NCBI GenBank assembly: GCA_003644405.1
Contig: QNCE01000003.1
Location: 1-42,766, forward strand
DNA from: Candidatus Omnitrophota bacterium
GTDB lineage: Bacteria > Omnitrophota > Gorgyraeia > Duberdicusellales > 4484-171
DNA: 42,766 bases
Direction: 5' to 3'
In this document: positions 38,333 through 42,766 of the stretch, piece after piece
Position numbering within the stretch: the first letter of the stretch is position 1
Layout: every line of letters begins with the position of its first letter
Program-made: the position numbers and the translations under genes
The notes under the pieces: generated by a model
Told to the model about the DNA's origin: nothing
Database searches by the model: none
What the model saw: only the letters and a program-made list of their open reading frames with translations

Positions 38333-39554
38333 TTTTGAAAAAGTTTATAAGTTCTTCTTTATTAAAGTTAAACTTTTCTTTTGTTGCTCTTACTTCCAAT
38401 TCATACTTTTTATCCTGGAGATACTTTTTCCCTAAAATTAGAATATAAGGAGACCCAATTAAATAAGCATCATTAAATTTAACTCCTACCTGCTCTGGTC
38501 TGTCATCCACTAACACAGTTAATCCCAAATCCTGAAGGATACCCTCTAATTCCAACCCTTGAGCAAAAAGGCTTTGATTATCAATATCCACTATGATTAG
38601 ATCAACTTCAAAAGGGGCTAGAGAAGAAGGCCAGATGATGCCTTTATTATCATGATTCTGCTCTATAACTGCACTAATTATTCTACTTACTCCTATACCA
38701 TAGCAACCCATAATAAAATACTTCCTTTGGTTAGATCTATCTAAGAAGGTAGCCTCCAAACTCTTAGAATACTTATCTCCCAACTTAAATACATGCCCTA
38801 TCTCGATAGTTCTCTTTTCTTTAAGAGGCATCCCACACTTTTTACACCGAGAGATATCACGGAAATAAAGATTGCAATTAGAGCAGTAAAATAGAATGTC
38901 TTCTCCAATCTCTGCAGGAGCCATAAACTCATGAGAAATACTTCCTCCCATCACTCCTGGATCCGCCTCTACCACTATAAAATCTAATCCGCATTCTTTA
39001 AAAATTTTACTATAAGCATCGAGCATTTTACGATAGCTTTCCTCTAAACCATCTTCGTTTTCATCAAAACTATAAGCATCCTTCATTACAAATTCGCAAC
39101 TTCTCATAAGACCATAGCGGGGGCGAGTTTCATCTCTAAATTTTGTCTGAATCTGATAAAGAATTAGAGGTAGCTGCTTGTAACTAGTAACATAGTGACT
39201 CACAACTTCCGTAATTTGTTCCTCATTGGTAGGACCTAAACATAAATCTCTTCCCTTTCTATCTTTAACCTTAATCATTACCTCCCCAAGCTCAGAATCT
39301 CTTCCTGTTTTTTCCCAAATTTCTAAAGGCTGAAGGTAACTGGTGACTAATTCTATTGCCCCTTTATCGTTCATATGTCTTCTTACGATATCACTCACCT
39401 TCTTTAATACCTTTAGCCCTAAGGGAAGATAAGCATAAATTCCACTCAACATCATATAAAGATAGCCCCCTCTTAAGAGGAATCGATGACTTACGCACTC
39501 TGCACCTTGAGGATTTTCTCTTAAAGTAGGAATAAAAAACTTACTGTAAAGCAT
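38322..39554 (-). CDS. proS: Proline--tRNA ligase, bacterial type without the INS editing domain
   Basis: LGPTNEE, KFRDE.RPR, EFVMKDAYSF, IEIGHVFKLG, MGCYGIGVSR; 410 aa. Confidence 0.96.
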   Translation of the reverse strand: MLYSKFFIPTLRENPQGAECVSHRFLLRGGYLYMMLSGIYAYLPLGLKVLKKVSDIVRRHMNDKGAIELVTSYLQPLEIWEKTGRDSELGEVMIKVKDRKGRDLCLGPTNEEQITEVVSHYVTSYKQLPLILYQIQTKFRDETRPRYGLMRSCEFVMKDAYSFDENEDGLEESYRKMLDAYSKIFKECGLDFIVVEADPGVMGGSISHEFMAPAEIGEDILFYCSNCNLYFRDISRCKKCGMPLKEKRTIEIGHVFKLGDKYSKSLEATFLDRSNQRKYFIMGCYGIGVSRIISAVIEQNHDNKGIIWPSSLAPFEVDLIIVDIDNQSLFAQGLELEGILQDLGLTVLVDDRPEQVGVKFNDAYLIGSPYILILGKKYLQDKKYELEVRATKEKFNFNKEELINFFKNVN

Positions 39555-40587
39555 TTCTTACTTCTTCTAATAAATCTTTAATTGCCCGGTCTTCCTTAGT
39601 AATCTTTATAATTCTGTTCTTTTTAAAAATAGTTCCCCTTTTTTCTCCAAAAGCTAACCCTATATCTGCCTGGTAAGCTTCACCAGGACCATTTACTACA
39701 CAACCCATAATAGCTATCTTTATCGGTAAACTAACCTCATCCATTTTCTCTATCTCTTTCTTAAACTTCTCCACTATCTTTATTAAATCTACTTTGCACC
39801 TGCCACAAGTAGGACAGGAAATTATCTCAGCAAAGAAATTTCTTATCCCTAGAAACTGTAAAATAGTCTTAGCTATTCTAACTTCTTCTTTAGAAGAACC
39901 AGTAAGAGAAACTCTTAAGGCATCTCCCAAGCCTTGAAAAAGTAAAATTCCTGCCCCCATTGATGATTTAACCACGCCTTCTAAGTATGGTCCAGTAGCT
40001 GTGACTCCCAACTGAAGAGGATAGTTAAACCGTTGAGAAAAAATTCTATTTGCAAGAACAGTTGATTTAACCTCCGAAGTTTTTAAAGAAACTATTATAT
40101 CAAAAAAACCTTCCTCCTCCAAAATCTTTACATAATCACTAGCAACTTTGGCCATCTCTTTAGCTAATTTTAAAGGGGAACTAAACTCTTTTTTGAATCC
40201 TCCACTGTTTACTCCTACCCTTACTGCTACTTTCCTCTTTTTTGCCTCAGCAATAATCTCTCTCACCTTGTTTTTTTTATAGATATTTAAAGGATTTAGT
40301 CTTATTCCCTCTAAACCTGCCTCCATTGCTAAAAAAGCCAGTTCCCAGTTAAAATGAATATCAGCCACTAAAGGAACGTTTATCTCTTTCTTTAAAATTT
40401 TAGCTATTTGGACATCTTTTTTCTCCTTAAATGCTATTCGTATAATCTCAGCTCCCTCTCTCTCTAGAACTTGCGCTTCTTTTACTAACTTTTTAATTTC
40501 CTTAGAAGGAGTCTTAACCATCCCTACTATCCTTACAGGATTTTTACCTCCTAAGGAAACTTTCCCTATATTAACTTTCCTACTCAT
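39541..40587 (-). CDS. ispG: 4-hydroxy-3-methylbut-2-en-1-yl diphosphate synthase (divergent)
   Basis: PLVADIHF, RVGVNSG, SCPTCGR and MGCVVNGPGE 4Fe-4S ligands; dxr-rseP-ispG-proS synteny. Confidence 0.93.
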   Translation of the reverse strand: MSRKVNIGKVSLGGKNPVRIVGMVKTPSKEIKKLVKEAQVLEREGAEIIRIAFKEKKDVQIAKILKKEINVPLVADIHFNWELAFLAMEAGLEGIRLNPLNIYKKNKVREIIAEAKKRKVAVRVGVNSGGFKKEFSSPLKLAKEMAKVASDYVKILEEEGFFDIIVSLKTSEVKSTVLANRIFSQRFNYPLQLGVTATGPYLEGVVKSSMGAGILLFQGLGDALRVSLTGSSKEEVRIAKTILQFLGIRNFFAEIISCPTCGRCKVDLIKIVEKFKKEIEKMDEVSLPIKIAIMGCVVNGPGEAYQADIGLAFGEKRGTIFKKNRIIKITKEDRAIKDLLEEVRNALQ

Positions 40588-42202
40588 TATCTAACCTTAC
40601 TCTTATGACTTTTAGAGAATTCCGCCAAGAACTTAACACTTTTTGTGTATCTAGAGAAGAAATATCTTTGAGTTTCTCTTTCAGCTCTTTCTCACTCACT
40701 TCCCAAAAGATATAATCACCATCATTCTCTATCTCTTTAACTATCCCTACCTGAGAAAGTCTTTTGGCTAAAGAGTAGCTAATTTTTGGTGTTCTCTCTC
40801 TTAAACGTATAATATCATTGTAGGAAACAATTACCATAAGAGCAACAAGAATACTTAAACCTATACGATTCACTACCTCCTCACACTTTTCTGAAAGAGG
40901 TTTTTTTTTCAACTTCTCTAAAAGCATAAGAAAAAGATGCCCTCCATCTAATACAGGAAAGGGGAAGAGATTTATTATCCCTAAACTTAAGCTCAAAACT
41001 CCTACCAAGTTAAAAAAAGGAACTAGGCCCGCCTTGGCTACTTGGACAGTAAGAAACCCTACTCCTATAGGGCCAGCAACTGCTTCTTTAAGAGGCAACT
41101 TTTTAAGGATGAGCAAAAGTAAGCTTTTACCAATGATAAAACAAAGTTCTCCCATTCTTCCCCATGCTTTGAAAAATGAAACAACAAAATTTCCCTCCAC
41201 TACTTTACTCCCTATTCCTACTATAGCAATCTGTTCTTCTTCTCCCCATGGATTTTTAAATGTGAATCTGTAAGGATTTACCTTAACTAATAATTCTTTA
41301 TCTTCTCTTAAAATCTTAAAGGTGAGCAAAGAATTACTTTCTCTTATTAATTGGCTTAGCTCTTGCCAACTTCTAACTTTTTTACCATTTACTTCTAAAA
41401 TTCTATCTCCCTCTTTAAGCCCTGCTCGGTAGCCAGGGTAGGAATACTTCTCCAGAATTTTGAATAAATGAGAAGTATCTACCCCCTTAAGCTGAGAGAG
41501 TTTCTCCTCTAGGTTTTTTCGAGGATAACTCCAGTAAATAAGCTTATGAGAAGCAAGACCTTTTTGGACAAGAGTAGCCACTTCTTCAGAAGAAAAATTT
41601 TTTTTAGCTACAGCTCTTAAAGAATCCCCATAAGCAGAAACTACTGCTTGAATTTGGTATTGAGTAAAGCCCAAAGATTTTAATCTCTCTAAGTTTATTT
41701 TAGGAATAGTCCAGGCAAAATACTTTTCTCTATCTTCCTCATAAACAAGATGGTTCTCTTTAAGTTTTTCTAACTCTTTAAAAGTAAATTCACTCTTAGG
41801 AATAGGAGCGTATTTTATAATCTTTCCTATAATAGGTTGAGAGGAAGGAAAACCCGTAGTAAAGATACCCCAAAAAATGAGAAGAGTAAGAATAAAGTTG
41901 AATAAGGGACCAAAAAAAACTATCTTAGCTCTTACTCCCACAGGTTTAGAAAAAAACTCATAATCCTCATAATGGGAAGCACCCCTTTGGTCTCCTGCTA
42001 ACTTAACGTATCCCCCTAAAGGTATAAGACATACTAGAAGAGTTGTCTCTTTTAAATTGAATTTAACTAAAGGAGGGCCAAAACCTAAAGCGAACTTTTC
42101 CACTTTTACTCCACTAAGTCGTGCGCCAAGAAAATGACCAAATTCATGAGAAACTACGAGTAAACTTAAAGTAAAAAGAAATATTAAAATATTTAACAGC
42201 AT
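40580..42202 (-). CDS. rseP: RIP metalloprotease RseP (M50) with an inserted and an appended repeat module
   Basis: HEFGH, GFGP, PLGGYVK, GPLFN, PDZ (AGLKEGD...VNG), NLFPFPVLDGGH. Confidence 0.94.
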   Translation of the reverse strand: MLLNILIFLFTLSLLVVSHEFGHFLGARLSGVKVEKFALGFGPPLVKFNLKETTLLVCLIPLGGYVKLAGDQRGASHYEDYEFFSKPVGVRAKIVFFGPLFNFILTLLIFWGIFTTGFPSSQPIIGKIIKYAPIPKSEFTFKELEKLKENHLVYEEDREKYFAWTIPKINLERLKSLGFTQYQIQAVVSAYGDSLRAVAKKNFSSEEVATLVQKGLASHKLIYWSYPRKNLEEKLSQLKGVDTSHLFKILEKYSYPGYRAGLKEGDRILEVNGKKVRSWQELSQLIRESNSLLTFKILREDKELLVKVNPYRFTFKNPWGEEEQIAIVGIGSKVVEGNFVVSFFKAWGRMGELCFIIGKSLLLLILKKLPLKEAVAGPIGVGFLTVQVAKAGLVPFFNLVGVLSLSLGIINLFPFPVLDGGHLFLMLLEKLKKKPLSEKCEEVVNRIGLSILVALMVIVSYNDIIRLRERTPKISYSLAKRLSQVGIVKEIENDGDYIFWEVSEKELKEKLKDISSLDTQKVLSSWRNSLKVIRVRLDNE

Positions 42203-42766
42203 CTTTTCTCTAGGTATTCAGACGCCTTCCTTCTTGCCCAATTATCCCAAAAAATAATATCTTCCAGAGAAGAAACTTTTCTAGAAGGATAGTTAGAAAA
42301 CATATATTCTATTACTTTATATAGGGATAAAAAGTTTACTTTCCCTTTTAAAAAATAATCTATCCCTACTTCGTCAGCAGCATTTATCACTATCAGAGAA
42401 TTATCATTTCTAATTGCTGCTTCTAAAACTAACTTTAGAAGGGGAAACCTAGCATAATCAAGTTTATAGAAAGTCAAAATCATCTTATCTTCAATTTTAA
42501 AGTAGGGAATATTTTTTAAAAGAGGAATGCGTTCAGGATAATAGAGAGCGTAACCAATAGGAAGACGCATATCAGGGAAGTAGAAACATAAGAAACTAAA
42601 CCCATCTTTTAACTCTATAAAGCTATGAATTTTAGATTCTCTGTGGATAACTATATCTATCAAGTCGTAAGGGATACTAAAAAATTCATGAGTCTCTATA
42701 ACCTCAAAGCCTTTATTTACTAAAGTAGCACTATCTATAGTAATACGTCTACCCATCTGCCAGGTA
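42193..42766 (-). CDS. dxr: 1-deoxy-D-xylulose-5-phosphate reductoisomerase (C-terminal part; 5' end outside the window)
   Basis: TWQMGRRITIDSATLVNKGFE, IHS, PDMRLPI.YAL, NAADE. Confidence 0.95.
   Translation of the reverse strand, partial: TWQMGRRITIDSATLVNKGFEVIETHEFFSIPYDLIDIVIHRESKIHSFIELKDGFSFLCFYFPDMRLPIGYALYYPERIPLLKNIPYFKIEDKMILTFYKLDYARFPLLKLVLEAAIRNDNSLIVINAADEVGIDYFLKGKVNFLSLYKVIEYMFSNYPSRKVSSLEDIIFWDNWARRKASEYLEKRCC

Noticed and set aside
41441-41809. RseP insertion as an intein
   Set aside because: No N-terminal Cys/Ser with terminal His-Asn splice motifs, and a related copy sits at the C-terminus

Overview
AT-rich, densely packed core-genome segment. Every gene I can support (41 CDS plus one tRNA) lies on the minus strand, and many are translationally coupled by short overlaps. 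In transcription order: dxr (partial), rseP, ispG, proS, rimP, nusA, infB, trpS, scpA, ruvB, DUF2905, tgt, trmD, rplS, rnhB, yraN, fchA-like, folD, metF, degenerate flavoprotein, guaB3, guaA, dnaE, HU/IHF, hisS, aspS, LysM lipoprotein, phoH, 7TM-HD, ybeY, recO, queF, polX, apbE, panB, alpha2-type GlyRS, ppdK, sigma-70, apt, tRNA-Arg(CCT), outer-membrane beta-barrel, DUF4870, LOG family, partial Zn-ribbon protein. Gene content and protein style suggest a streamlined anaerobic diderm of the PVC group, probably Omnitrophota (inference only). I saw no mobile element, CRISPR array or rRNA. The most unusual signals are four. (1) The only long non-coding region (2680-3069), upstream of the beta-barrel gene, holds an rRNA-operon-like promoter, a boxA antitermination match, a ~106-nt hairpin enclosing a uORF and a second Shine-Dalgarno, and a tandem pair of NrdR-box-like sites 31 bp apart. 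(2) RseP carries three copies of an unrecognised ~60-aa module, two inserted inside the PDZ domain and one at the C-terminus. (3) In the fchA-folD-metF cassette, FolD has lost its cyclohydrolase residues, and MetF has no adjacent metV but is coupled to a degenerate flavoprotein. (4) Accessory domains are repeatedly deleted from core proteins (ProRS, AspRS, NusA, sigma, PgpH-like), and IspG lacks a conserved active-site Glu. All calls come from manual motif reading; no database searches were run.
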